Positions 32,123-43,188 of a DNA stretch of 64,000 nucleotides are shown here, one piece after another. The translations under genes and the position numbers were made by a program. Under the pieces are notes generated by a model, which ran no database searches, was not told the DNA's origin, and saw nothing but the letters and a program-made list of their open reading frames with translations. The DNA is from an uncultured Nitrososphaeraceae archaeon. Lineage in GTDB: Archaea > Thermoproteota > Nitrososphaeria > Nitrososphaerales > Nitrososphaeraceae. The DNA is taken from positions 64,001 to 128,000 of the forward strand of contig CAVSMN010000012.1 of the NCBI GenBank assembly GCA_963729045.1, read 5' to 3'. Within the stretch, counting starts at the first letter, position 1. Each line of letters begins with the position of its first letter.

Positions 32123-32620
32123 ACACTGCAACAGGATTCATAAAAGCTCTAGAGTCTGGAACTAAGCACCTAGTTTTAAAAAGATTTACATTCCGTTATC
32201 CTGAGGAAAAGCTGAAATTTGTGGGCGATGGATACCAATTTGACCCCAAAAAAGGTGTCGGAATTGCTGGGACTAGAGGTAGACATATTTTATTTCATGA
32301 CAAATGTACTGGATGTCAGCTTTGTGCTATAGCTTGTGAGGGAATAGCAGAGGCAATCACTATGGTGAAAGTTGATGAGCAGTGGAAGCAAAATAAAAAA
32401 TCTATAATGCCTCAAATAGATTATGGAAAGTGTGTTTTTTGTGGCTTGTGCGTCGATGCTTGTCCCTTTTATGCCTTGTACATGACAAATGACTATGAGT
32501 TGTCTTCTTTCACCAAATCTGCATTTAATATACACACCAGCCCAGTTGGCTGTAAAACCAAAATATGACGGTGAGGTCGAAATAAAAATAGGCTCACGAG
32601 GTGCATATCATGGTAGATAG
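32119..32620 (+). CDS. nuoI: Complex I subunit I (2x[4Fe-4S]); +1 frameshift near 32524
   Basis: CTGCQLCAIAC and CVFCGLCVDACP; corrected C-terminus ALIYTPAQLAVKPKYDGEVEIKIGSRGAYHGR*. Confidence 0.92.
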
Positions 32621-33131
32621 TATTTTTGTAGGTTTATCTGTTATCACCATTGGATCAGCTATTTTGTCTCTTGAGAGCCGGGAATTATTGTACGGAGGGA
32701 TAGCTTTGGCAGTTTCTATGCTTGGGATAGCAGGCTACTTTATTATTTTGGACGCTCCTTTTGTTGCAATGTTTCAAATAGCTGTATACGTAGGTGCTGT
32801 TGCAGTTCTTATTATATTCACAGTGATGCTAGTACGGGCTCCAAATACAGTTACAAAAAAAGAAACGAGGAAAAGAAAGATTGCAGGTATTTTGCTAGGA
32901 TTAGCATTTCTTGTTTTAGCAGGATCCATATTAGGAAATTCTGCTGCAACCCAACTGAAATTTAATGACACGGTTCCAATATTTGATGTACAGGCAATAG
33001 GGAAAGAATTATTAACATACTATTCACCGGTATTGTTAGTATTGGCATTAACACTGGCTGCAGCGGTAATAGGTGCCCTGGCCTTGGCACGCAGAGAGGA
33101 TATTGAGGAAAGAAATGAACCAACCAACTGA
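32610..33131 (+). CDS. nuoJ: Complex I subunit J
   Basis: APFVAMFQIAVYVGAV. Confidence 0.93.
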   Translation: MVDSIFVGLSVITIGSAILSLESRELLYGGIALAVSMLGIAGYFIILDAPFVAMFQIAVYVGAVAVLIIFTVMLVRAPNTVTKKETRKRKIAGILLGLAFLVLAGSILGNSAATQLKFNDTVPIFDVQAIGKELLTYYSPVLLVLALTLAAAVIGALALARREDIEERNEPTN

Positions 33132-33417
33132 TTTTTTATATATAGCTATAATCCTCATTTCCATTGGAATTTATGGACTAGTTGTAAAAAGAAATGCACT
33201 ACGATTAATATTCTCAATCGAGTTAATTGCAAATGCTGTAAATCTTGTACTTATTGCCTTTTCAAGGATGCTACCTAGTCCTCAGGGCCAAGTCTTTGTG
33301 CTTTTCTCAATAGCAATTTCTGCTGCTGAGGTTGCTGTAGGCTTAGGAATCATAATTATAGCGTATAGGTTCTACAAAGATATAGATATTACTGAATATA
33401 AGAACCTAAAGAATTAA
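33115..33417 (+). CDS. nuoK: Complex I subunit K
   Basis: SIELIANAVNL and AAEVAVGL. Confidence 0.93.
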   Translation: MNQPTDFLYIAIILISIGIYGLVVKRNALRLIFSIELIANAVNLVLIAFSRMLPSPQGQVFVLFSIAISAAEVAVGLGIIIIAYRFYKDIDITEYKNLKN

Positions 33418-33514
33418 TTTTATTCAAAAAGTATTTTTTTTAAAAATTCAACCGTATAATATATAAAAGGAGTTAATGTCGTTGTGGTAGGGGTATTCGG
33501 AGCAAGAGATGTAG

Positions 33515-35302
33515 ATGGTGGATTCTTCCTATTATCTTATGGTGGCAACATTTATGCCCTTGATATTATCTCCGGTAGTGTATTTTTTGGGAAAACGAAA
33601 GGGAATAAACATTACAACGTGGTTGACTTTTGGAATTTTAGCTATCTCCACTGCGCTAGTGATTATTCCATCTATAGGCCTAGGTTCTGGAGGATCATAT
33701 CAAGAAGTCTTTGATTGGAGTCAATTGGGTCATTTCGGGTTAAAATTAGATGGTTTGAGCATTCCTTTTGCTATTACGATTTATCTGCTATCAACTATTG
33801 TGGTGATTTATTCAAAACCCTATATGGTAAGAAAAATTCTTCTTCAGTATGAACAGGTTAAGAGTTCCTCTAATCTGCAAATGAATGATGCTGAAAGCGA
33901 GTTATATTCTAATAAGGACGGAAAATCTTTATCCTCTTTAATTTTATCGACCGATCAAAAGTCCTACTTAAATAGTCAACTAGGCCTTTATTATTCTCTT
34001 TATCTTGTTTTCGCGATGGGTATGCTTGGTACAGTTTTGGCAACCAATTTGTTCGAATTTTATGTATTTTTTGAACTGATGTTGGTTCCATCATTCTTTT
34101 TGATTGCCTTTTTTGGATACGGAAACAAGAAAAGAACATCATTAATGTTCTTTTTCTGGGCTCACGTCGGTGCAGTTATCCTGCTGTTGGGTTTAATGGC
34201 GATGGGTTTTCTGACTGGTGGGTTTGATTATGATATAGTTAGGGCAAATGCGTCTCAAATTCCACAAGCATGGATTGCTGTCATTGTGGCAGCGCTTATT
34301 ATTGGATTTGGTGTAAAACTAGCTGCTTTCCTTGTCCACGTTTGGTTACCAGATACTTATACAGATGCTCCCACTCCTATTTCTGTACTGATATCCTCAG
34401 CAATGACGGGGATAGGTGCGTATGGTCTGATAAGAATTTGGATTGAACTGTTGTCGGGCCCTGGAAACTATACCGATTATAGTATTTACATAAGCATCTG
34501 GGGGGTTGCAACAATGATATATGGAGGTGCCATGGCTCTAATGCAAAAAGATATCAAAAGAGTTTTGGCCTACTCTAGCATAAGTTCGATGGGGTATCTG
34601 CTTTTTGGTATAGGATCAGAAAGTGTCCTAGGTATTAGTGGTGCAATCTTTATGTATGTCACCCATGCTTTAGGTAAAGGACTATTGTTTATGATGGCAG
34701 GTTCCATTATCTTACAAACAGGAACAAGAAGCATGGATAAATTAGGTGGATTGGGTGGGAAAATGCCATATACTGCTGTATTCGCAATGATTGGTGGATT
34801 AACAATCATTGGTGTACCAATAACAAGCGGTTTTATGTCTGAATGGGTCCTCTTTAATGGTGCGTTACAAAATGCTGTAGTTAGCGAGAGCGCTCTTAAG
34901 GCTGTCTTATTTGCATTGGCTATTACGACTACTATACTGACATCTGCTTATATATTGTGGATGTACAAAAGAATCTTCTATGGTATTACCCCAGAAACAT
35001 TAAAAAATGTACGTGATTCGAGTAAGTATGTTTTAGTAACCATGGGGATTTTAGCTTCATTAACATTGATACTGGGATTATATCCTGATTTATTTTATAA
35101 ACCGATTATAGGATATGTTGAAAATCTCTATAATAATTCAGACGAGCTGATACCCGTAAAGATCACGCCTGGAACAGCACAATTAGATGAAAAACCCATT
35201 AACAATACAAAGGTTAGTAATGTTGCTTCTCCAGGTGGAACTGAATTCCAGAGGACATATCTGATATCTGAAAATTATGTGGATCATCCCATTACTTTAT
35301 AG
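33515..35302 (+). CDS. nuoM: Complex I subunit M
   Basis: FYVFFELMLVP, HVWLPD and DIKRVLAYSSIS. Confidence 0.93.
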   Translation: MVDSSYYLMVATFMPLILSPVVYFLGKRKGINITTWLTFGILAISTALVIIPSIGLGSGGSYQEVFDWSQLGHFGLKLDGLSIPFAITIYLLSTIVVIYSKPYMVRKILLQYEQVKSSSNLQMNDAESELYSNKDGKSLSSLILSTDQKSYLNSQLGLYYSLYLVFAMGMLGTVLATNLFEFYVFFELMLVPSFFLIAFFGYGNKKRTSLMFFFWAHVGAVILLLGLMAMGFLTGGFDYDIVRANASQIPQAWIAVIVAALIIGFGVKLAAFLVHVWLPDTYTDAPTPISVLISSAMTGIGAYGLIRIWIELLSGPGNYTDYSIYISIWGVATMIYGGAMALMQKDIKRVLAYSSISSMGYLLFGIGSESVLGISGAIFMYVTHALGKGLLFMMAGSIILQTGTRSMDKLGGLGGKMPYTAVFAMIGGLTIIGVPITSGFMSEWVLFNGALQNAVVSESALKAVLFALAITTTILTSAYILWMYKRIFYGITPETLKNVRDSSKYVLVTMGILASLTLILGLYPDLFYKPIIGYVENLYNNSDELIPVKITPGTAQLDEKPINNTKVSNVASPGGTEFQRTYLISENYVDHPITL

Positions 35303-35312
35303 GTGAATAAAT

Positions 35313-37427
35313 GTGGTTGAAGTTTTAGGTTTTGAAGGAATAGGGGTAAATGCATGGTTAATCTGGATGACTCCATTTATTGGAGCTGCCTTTATTCCAA
35401 TTTTAAGAAAAAAAAGTGAAAAATTCAAAAGTTATGTTGCTGTTGCATTTTCAATTATTAGTGCCTTATTGGCTTTGAGTATCCTGCCTCTAGGCTTGAC
35501 AAATGGGGAAATACATAGTCAAATCCCATGGTTTTCTGCCTTAGATATAGACGCAGGTGTTTTGGCTGATCCACTTGCCATAATCATGAGTAATCTAGTA
35601 GCTTGGATTTCGGTAGCTATCTTTGTGTATTCTATTTCCTACATGCACGGACAAAGATCGCTGATAAGGTATTGGTTCTTTATGCTGTTCTTCATAGGAT
35701 CAATGCAACTTATTGTATTATCCGACAATTTGTTGATGGTATTTTTCGGTTGGGAAGGAGTGGGACTTGCATCTTATGCCCTGATAGGATTCTGGTACAC
35801 CGATAGAAAGAAAGATTATGTTGGCAAAGAAGGGCATACAGCTTGGGGCATACCTCAGTGGACATCGCCTACACACGCTGGGATAAAGGCATTCTTACTT
35901 AACAGGGCCGGGGATGTCATGATGCTGTCTGGCATGTTTATGATCTTTATGTATTCTGGTACCTTTGGCTTTAGGGAGTTATTGGCCGACCAAACCTGGG
36001 CTCATGTGATGATGCAACAAAATCTATTGGTACCCGCGGCCGTTTTAATATTTGGAGGGGCTATAGGTAAATCAGCTCAGTTTCCGCTAAATGAATGGTT
36101 ATTGGAGGCAATGACAGGGCCTACATCCGTTTCGGCTCTTATCCATGCTGCAACAATGGTAAAAGCAGGAGTGTTCCTTGTTGCTAGAATAGGTCCTCTA
36201 TTTTTCGCCTTATCTGTATTTAATATGAATCAGTTTTTTGAAATTGTTACATGGGTTGGAGCGATAACTGCTCTGTTGTTAGCCACTCAAGCAATAGTTA
36301 ATCCTGAAATAAAAAAAGTCTTGGCTTATTCCACAGGTTCGCAGATTGGCTATATGATGATGGCTTTGGGAATTGCAGGTCTTTCTACAAACTTTGTTGA
36401 CGGATACACTGCAGGGTTCTTTCACCTGATTAGCCATGCACTGTTTAAAGCTTCGTTGTTTATGGCCGCCGGTGCGATATTACATACCGTACATTCTAGA
36501 TTTATGAACGATATGGGTGGGCTAAAAAAGAATATGAGAAAAACTTACATATTCTTCCTGCTAGCAAGCCTGTCGCTAGCGAGTGCTCCATTGATAACAC
36601 TTGGATTCTGGAGTAAAGATGCAATTTTTGCTTCTATCCTTGAATCTAACTATGAGTTCTCTTCTTATGTCTTTTTGATTGCTGTCACCGTAGCCATTAT
36701 GACCGCCTTCTATACGTTCAGGATGGTGGGCCTAGTATTTTTTGGAAAACCAAGCCAAAATGTAGTCAATATTGAAAATAAAGGACATCGTATACGTGAA
36801 GTCGATAAAATCATGTGGCTTCCATTCGCCGCATTGGCAATAGCATCTATTGCATTTGGTGTTGTGGGCTTTGCTTTTGAGGGTCAACTGCATCATATAT
36901 TTGCAACATACCTTGACACTTATTTTGGAATCACTGAGAACGGAGTAGTACCATTAGGAGGATCTGAAGCCATACAAAGCTCACCCGAATTAACCGGATC
37001 CGATGCAACTACTACCGGAGGGTCTGAACAGGATGCATTGGAACTCAATCCATTTGCGGTTGTTTCATCAGTAGCTGCGTTTGGAATAGGAGGATTTCTT
37101 GGCTATTTGTTTTACATCAAGAGAATTGCGGACCCAAAGAAGATCAGCGACAACGTTGTTTCCAAGGCGTTATGGAAGTTCCTATACAACCGATGGTATC
37201 TTAATTCACTTCTTTATTGGATAGGCGTTGTCATACCATTGGCAGCTTACAGACGAATTTACAAGTATTTTGAAAACATCTTAATGTATGGAATTAATCC
37301 TTCAGTACAACAATCAATGGTATTGATGTCAAGAGTGGCAAAAGCAGTACAAACAGGTAACGTACAGACTTATCTTTATGTATTTTCAGCTGGTATAATT
37401 CTAATTACCATGCTATTATTGAGTTAA
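35313..37427 (+). CDS. nuoL: Complex I subunit L
   Basis: GWEGVGLASY, GKSAQFPL, AMTGPTSVSALIHAATMV and QTGNVQTY. Confidence 0.95.
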   Translation: MVEVLGFEGIGVNAWLIWMTPFIGAAFIPILRKKSEKFKSYVAVAFSIISALLALSILPLGLTNGEIHSQIPWFSALDIDAGVLADPLAIIMSNLVAWISVAIFVYSISYMHGQRSLIRYWFFMLFFIGSMQLIVLSDNLLMVFFGWEGVGLASYALIGFWYTDRKKDYVGKEGHTAWGIPQWTSPTHAGIKAFLLNRAGDVMMLSGMFMIFMYSGTFGFRELLADQTWAHVMMQQNLLVPAAVLIFGGAIGKSAQFPLNEWLLEAMTGPTSVSALIHAATMVKAGVFLVARIGPLFFALSVFNMNQFFEIVTWVGAITALLLATQAIVNPEIKKVLAYSTGSQIGYMMMALGIAGLSTNFVDGYTAGFFHLISHALFKASLFMAAGAILHTVHSRFMNDMGGLKKNMRKTYIFFLLASLSLASAPLITLGFWSKDAIFASILESNYEFSSYVFLIAVTVAIMTAFYTFRMVGLVFFGKPSQNVVNIENKGHRIREVDKIMWLPFAALAIASIAFGVVGFAFEGQLHHIFATYLDTYFGITENGVVPLGGSEAIQSSPELTGSDATTTGGSEQDALELNPFAVVSSVAAFGIGGFLGYLFYIKRIADPKKISDNVVSKALWKFLYNRWYLNSLLYWIGVVIPLAAYRRIYKYFENILMYGINPSVQQSMVLMSRVAKAVQTGNVQTYLYVFSAGIILITMLLLS

Positions 37428-37444
37428 GGAGAGAATGAGAAACT

Positions 37445-38944
37445 ATGATTGATATATTTTCGACCCCTGCTTTAGTAACCATCATCCTAGGGAGCGTAGC
37501 TTTGTTAATTCCAATAATAGATGCCTTGAATAAGGAGCGAGGCTCTAAGAATAAAGTTTATAGCGCTATAGCCTTTGGGGCTCTAACTTTAGCCCTTATT
37601 GTTGTGATATATCGGATATTTTCTGGAGAAAATCTTCCCGCATTATCATTAGCAAATACTGGAGTCATAGGAGACGATATTTTTGGTGCATTCTTTTCTA
37701 TAGCATTTCTTATAGTATCCATTATGGTAACCGTTTCTTCATGGAGTTACATGAAGAAAAAAAGCAATCATGCTGCATATTATTCTTTGATATTATTATC
37801 AAGCATTGGAATGATCCTCATAGGTTATTCAACTGATTTCGTAATGCTGCTAGTTGCTTGGGAACTAATGTCTATCCCTACATATGCGTTAGCTGCTTTT
37901 AATAAAAAAGATCCCATATCAAACGAGGCTTCAATCAAATACTTTTTGTTTGGAGCTCTATCGTCGGCAATCATCGTTTTGGCAATGGGAATTGTGTATG
38001 GATTAACTGGTACTACAAATATTTACGATTCAATTGTGGCAATGTCGCAATTGAATCCAGATTTGATCCCATTTGGCTTGCTGGCAGTGGGGCTTTTTAT
38101 CGCTGGCTTTGGATTCAAAATGGGTCTGGTTCCATTCCACATGTGGTTGCCTGATACCTACTCTGGAGCTCCAACTACGATTGCTGCGCTGCTTGCAGCT
38201 GGAACGAAAAAAGCCGGATTTGCAGCTGCCATTAGGGTGATAGTTATTGGTATGATCGCCCTTAATGTCCACTGGACATTTACTCTTGCAATAATAGCCA
38301 TTTTTACTATGACACTAGGGAATTTAGGAGCACTGACACAGAAAAGTATTCCGAGAATCCTTGCGTATTCAAGTATTGCGCAGGCTGGGTATATCTTGAT
38401 CGGACTTGCAGTTGCTCCATATTCTGACTATGGGTTAGATGCCTCATTGTTGCAAATATTGAATCATGCAGTAATGAAATCTGCTGCATTTATTGCTGCT
38501 GCGGGTGTAATTATAACCATAGCCGGCTATACACTCGAAAAGTATAAGGGATTGGGATTTAGAATGCCTATCACAGCGTTTGTGTTCGCGATTTCGTTAC
38601 TTGCACTTGCTGGAGTCCCTCCCCTAAGCGGTTTTTGGGGTAAGTATTTGATATTTGGAGCTGCCATAGATAGTGGTCAAGTAATATGGTGGGGACCTTA
38701 TCTTGCAATAGCTGGTATTCTAAACAGTGCATTATCTTTGGGTTATTACGCTTGGATTATAAGGAAAATGTACATGGAAGAGGGCGAAAATAGGGTAAGA
38801 CAGAAGGAACCAAAATCGATAGTTGCTGTATTGCTATTTGCATTGGGTTTTATGATAATATTTGGTATCTGGTACGGACCATTGCTAGACCTAGCGTCAA
38901 TGGCTGTGCCCAATGACTTGATTCATTTGATAAGTGCGAAATAG
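37445..38944 (+). CDS. nuoN: Complex I subunit N
   Basis: EASIKYF, PFHMWLPDTY, RILAYSSIAQAGY and GVPPLSGFWGK. Confidence 0.95.
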   Translation: MIDIFSTPALVTIILGSVALLIPIIDALNKERGSKNKVYSAIAFGALTLALIVVIYRIFSGENLPALSLANTGVIGDDIFGAFFSIAFLIVSIMVTVSSWSYMKKKSNHAAYYSLILLSSIGMILIGYSTDFVMLLVAWELMSIPTYALAAFNKKDPISNEASIKYFLFGALSSAIIVLAMGIVYGLTGTTNIYDSIVAMSQLNPDLIPFGLLAVGLFIAGFGFKMGLVPFHMWLPDTYSGAPTTIAALLAAGTKKAGFAAAIRVIVIGMIALNVHWTFTLAIIAIFTMTLGNLGALTQKSIPRILAYSSIAQAGYILIGLAVAPYSDYGLDASLLQILNHAVMKSAAFIAAAGVIITIAGYTLEKYKGLGFRMPITAFVFAISLLALAGVPPLSGFWGKYLIFGAAIDSGQVIWWGPYLAIAGILNSALSLGYYAWIIRKMYMEEGENRVRQKEPKSIVAVLLFALGFMIIFGIWYGPLLDLASMAVPNDLIHLISAK

Positions 38945-39242
38945 CGTATCTGTTTTTCAATCCCTTTCCTTATCCATCCTATTCCTTCCTCTGCTGTAGT
39001 TCCTCGTTGTGTTCCTCAATCATATCTTATTTCTAGATCCAGTTCTAGATCCTATTATGTTACCTTCTTTGAAACTGTTGATTTAGGTAATACTTCTTGG
39101 ATACTATTCAAACGCTTAATCTAAAAAATGTTCAAAAATGATCAATGGACTATTACTACTAAATTCTTGTTACTATAAGTAGAAAAATTACTTTAGAATC
39201 TGCAAGTCCAATTTTTCATGTATAATTCATCTTTTTTCTCAG

Positions 39243-39836
39243 CTAGGCTGGAAAAAATTTATCTATCCTCTGATCCTGAGCATTCACTATTTTTGCGAGT
39301 TTTTGGATATCTTCAAAGAAAATTTGTTTTAATTTGTTATTGTATATAGTAGCTGCTGGATGATAAGTTATAAAATATTTCAATGGTGGGCGATTAACTA
39401 TTTGCCCACGATATGGTGTCATATATTTTAGTCCAAGTAATGACTTTAAAGCCGTTGCGCCCAAAATACAAATGATTTTAGGTGAAATAATATCGATTTC
39501 TTTTTTGAGATATTCACTGGTGCATATTCTGATTTCTTCGTCAGTTGGAACCCTATTATTAGGTGGCCTGCATTTGACCACATTTGTAATGTAAATCTCT
39601 TTTCTTTCTATTCGTGCGTCGATTAATGCTTGATCCAATATTTTACCAGCGCTTCCCACAAAGGGACTACCAGTCTCATCTTCGTTTTTTCCTGGGGCCT
39701 CGCCTATCAATATTATTTTTCTATTTATACTCCCACTACCTGGTACAGCATTCTTCCTGGTTATTGATAGTCCGCACAGGACACATTGAATAACTTCTTT
39801 CTTTATTGATTCTAATGATTCATTTTGAGGACTCAA
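39243..39836 (-). CDS. udg: Uracil-DNA glycosylase, family 4
   Basis: CxxC, GEAPGKNED, PFVG, NVVKCRPPNNR and YHPAA. Confidence 0.93.
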   Translation of the reverse strand: MSPQNESLESIKKEVIQCVLCGLSITRKNAVPGSGSINRKIILIGEAPGKNEDETGSPFVGSAGKILDQALIDARIERKEIYITNVVKCRPPNNRVPTDEEIRICTSEYLKKEIDIISPKIICILGATALKSLLGLKYMTPYRGQIVNRPPLKYFITYHPAATIYNNKLKQIFFEDIQKLAKIVNAQDQRIDKFFPA

Positions 39837-39876
39837 GTTGGGTACAAAACTAAACTAAGGAAGAATTACTTGAAAA

Positions 39877-40242
39877 TCAATACTTTGATTCAGTTACCGA
39901 TTCTGATGATAATCCTCCAGTGGCATTTTGTGCATCTTCTGCTGGGGACGAGGAATTAACTATCAAATTTGCAGGACTCGAGGTGGAGTTTGTAATTGCA
40001 GAAACTACCGATTCTGATGATAATCCTCCAGTGGCATTTTGTGCATCTTCTGCTGGGGACGAGGAATTAACTATCAAATTTGCAGGACTCGAGGTGGAGT
40101 TTGTAATTGCAGAAACTACCGATTCTGATGATAATCCTCCAGTGGTATTACTTATGCTGGTATTGTTAGATTGAGCAAACACGGTTGGAAGTCCAATCAT
40201 TAATAGGGGCAAAACAAGAATAACCAATTTAGAACTCTTCAT
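39877..40242 (-). CDS. Secreted Ser/Thr/Asn-rich protein with 37-aa tandem repeats
   Basis: MKSSKLVILVLPLLMIGLPTVFA signal followed by repeats of TGGLSSESVVSAITNSTSSPANLIVNSSSPAEDAQNA. Confidence 0.75.
   Translation of the reverse strand: MKSSKLVILVLPLLMIGLPTVFAQSNNTSISNTTGGLSSESVVSAITNSTSSPANLIVNSSSPAEDAQNATGGLSSESVVSAITNSTSSPANLIVNSSSPAEDAQNATGGLSSESVTESKY
39895..40145. repeat. Perfect 111-bp tandem repeat, ~2.3 copies
   Basis: TACCGATTCTGATGATAATCCTCCAGTGG recurs at 39895, 40006 and 40117 with identical intervening sequence. Confidence 0.95.
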
Positions 40243-41201
40243 ATCACTTTCTATAATTTTGTAATATAAAATAATTTCGTTAGATTCGTATACAGACCTA
40301 ACAAGGTCAATTATAACTACAATCATCAGGGCGAAATCAATTATCTTGGATTTGACAAAAATAATTTAATAGTATTGATAATTTCAACTCTAGACCTACA
40401 ACAGTAGGTTGGTTCCTTAACTATAATAAACATGATAATGACAGAAACTTAATGCTTTTATCGATTGGTATCTAAAATGGGATTCACTAGTAATGATAAA
40501 TCGATGAGTATAGTATCGAATCCATTTGGTTATTTTGATAAGAACACTCTCTCAGCAACATCCCAGAAAAAGTAAATGTTTGAGAGAATCAACAACTTTG
40601 ATTAAACTGAGTTCTCAGATCCATTTTTTTTTTCTAACATCAGGGTTGCTGGTCTGATTTCATATACATTTTTGTATTCTATTTGTTCCGTCAACTTCTT
40701 ATTCATGCTCTTAAAAAAAGTCGTTTATTTTATTTCCGATGCATAATTAATCAATCCTATCTTATCTATGTCTGTCTTTTGGACTATAAAACTTAAAGTA
40801 TCTTCTTATCCAATACAATTCCTTATATCAATTTTGTATTTTTAATAGAACTGCCCTGTTTCTAATCAACTTTAATATCATCCAAATTCAATTTAACAAG
40901 ATAAAACGTACATATTTGGATATCAATGCTGTCTGGGGAGATCAAAAAACAACTATAAAGGGCAATTTCCGTAAGAAAAATAGTATAGACATCTACTTTC
41001 CTATCTAGAAATGCTTTAAAATCAATACATCTTGTCATGATTTATTATGTCATATTTTTAGTCTTTGACGACCAATATTATCAATATTTTATATCTTAGT
41101 ATTTAAAACTTGTATATTCCTATTCTTTATTTCGATAACTTAATGATTATTTCATTAGAAACGATAAAATGAAGGATAAGCATTATAATAAGAACTAAAA
41201 T

Positions 41202-42137
41202 GTGGTGGAAAAAAACAAAATGACTCAAAAATTAATTAATTCGTATTTATCAGTATTATGTCCTTTATGTAATAAGCACTCTAATATAATTACCGATCAG
41301 AATTCTGGTGAATTGATTTGTACTACTTGTGGGAGTGTTATAATTGATAATGCTGAGGCAGCAAGGTCTGAATGGACATCTTCAAATATTCAGGAATTAG
41401 ATTTCAGGGATAGAACCGGTGCGCCAACTTCTCTGGCCAAGTACGATCGTGGACTTTCTACAGTTATAGGCAAGATAGATAAAGATGCATCTGGTCGTCA
41501 AATTGACCTGGCAATGAAAAGTAGAATAGGTAGGTGGAGAACTTGGGACGCCAGATCACAAACAAATGATTCTTCAAAGAGAAATCTTCAATCTGCGTTT
41601 ATTCAGTTATACACGATGAAAGATGTACTGGGCTTGCCCGAACCAGCAATTGAAAAGATCGCATATCTATACAGGAAAATACAGGAACGGAAATTGATAA
41701 AAGGAAGAACAATAAAAGGGGCTTTGGCTGTTGCTTCTTATATTGCATGTAGAGAATTAGGGATACCAAGAACGTTAAAGGAAATTGCAAAAATTACTAA
41801 TCTAAAAGAAAAGGAAATAGCGAGAATATACAGAAAGGTAATGTTTGAACTAGATCTCAAAGTCCCTCAAGTCGATGCATTAAAAGAAATAATAAAGATA
41901 GGAAATATTTGCGGAATTTCAGAAAGATCAAAAAGACGTGCCATAAAAATGATGATGACTGTGATGAAAACAGAGATTTCTGCTGGGAAAAATCCAATGG
42001 GATTGGCCGGCGCTGTTCTTTACCTGTCATGTAAGGAATATGATGAGGAAATTACTCAAAACAAGATTGCAGAGGTTGCGGGTGTAACTGAAGTTACTTT
42101 AAGGCATGATTTAGATATAATATTAGAATTTGACTAA
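41202..42137 (+). CDS. tfb: Transcription initiation factor IIB
   Basis: Zn ribbon CPLC...CTTC, RTGAP, GLSTVIG, PRTLKEIA, GKNPMGLA and AGVTEVTLR. Confidence 0.95.
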   Translation: MVEKNKMTQKLINSYLSVLCPLCNKHSNIITDQNSGELICTTCGSVIIDNAEAARSEWTSSNIQELDFRDRTGAPTSLAKYDRGLSTVIGKIDKDASGRQIDLAMKSRIGRWRTWDARSQTNDSSKRNLQSAFIQLYTMKDVLGLPEPAIEKIAYLYRKIQERKLIKGRTIKGALAVASYIACRELGIPRTLKEIAKITNLKEKEIARIYRKVMFELDLKVPQVDALKEIIKIGNICGISERSKRRAIKMMMTVMKTEISAGKNPMGLAGAVLYLSCKEYDEEITQNKIAEVAGVTEVTLRHDLDIILEFD

Positions 42138-43188
42138 AACCCTGTCAAGTAATTAAAACGAATATCTAAACTACGTATCATCTTTTTTTGCAAATATAGA
42201 AATATTGCGGATAAGTACTACGAAAATTAATATTCCCAAAAATTGTATCAAGTTAAGTAACATGATCTTTTTATTAATAAAGTACAAATTATTTTTTTGA
42301 ATAAGCCTACCAATTTGTACTATAGATAATTATCTTGCCTGTTTAAGTAAAATGATATTTAGAAACATTTGTACAATTTCTAAGAAAAGAAGTTGCATGT
42401 TAGAACAAATGTTCTTTCAGATGATTTAAAAGATTTTTCAAAAAAAATGGTAGCAATAAATGGTTTATTATTGCTTTGATTTTGTAACCAATAATCTCAA
42501 ATTTAAATCAATATTCTTTAGCAGTGTTATTTATTCTCAAAAGATAGGGGAGCTATTATCAGCCAATTCCGTGTTTGGCCTTTCTCCCCTACCACAATAA
42601 TGAACCGGTGAACGGAATAGAAACCCGACTCATCCTTTTGTATATTAACATGTTCAACATTTTATTTAAGCTATATGTATTTTTTTTCAACTATGGTATG
42701 GCTACAAGCTCATAGAGATATGTTCTAGATCGAAATCCAGTTCTTATCAACCTCTCCCTAATTTTGATTTAGATATAGTTACCATTGAAGATATTTGTTT
42801 TCCAATAGATTGATTATTTTTCGAACTTTATTGAGATAAATTATCAAAGCGATAGATTGAGAAGGAAAATGCATATTATTCAAACACTACTTTTGAATAA
42901 TAAATCGAGCATGGATTTTGACTATTTGAATATGTAAGCATCCTTAAAAAAATATTGAATGATTTTATTCAAAATTATGCCAATAACCAAGGCACGAGAA
43001 ACAATACTATACCCGTCAGACAAGTTGATTTTGAATTAATATCACTTTCGTTACGTAACAAAGACGTTCTGCGTTTGCACTGCGAGAGCATCAAAACTCC
43101 AAGGTGAGTGATATGATCTTTAAACGAATCTATTCTTAATTTGCCAATAAATTAAGACATCGTGTATCGGTCTTTAACGGCCCTATTT

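Noticed and set aside
16381..32620. Programmed ribosomal frameshifting or pseudogenisation in eno, mvk, GGR and nuoI
   Set aside because: Essential genes are affected, no shared slippery motif is present, and all lesions are +1 single-base insertions, so sequencing error is more parsimonious.
38945..39060. Pyrimidine-rich tract with duplicated TTCTAGATCC after nuoN
   Set aside because: Low-complexity spacer between convergent genes with no ORF or convincing structure; likely a terminator region.
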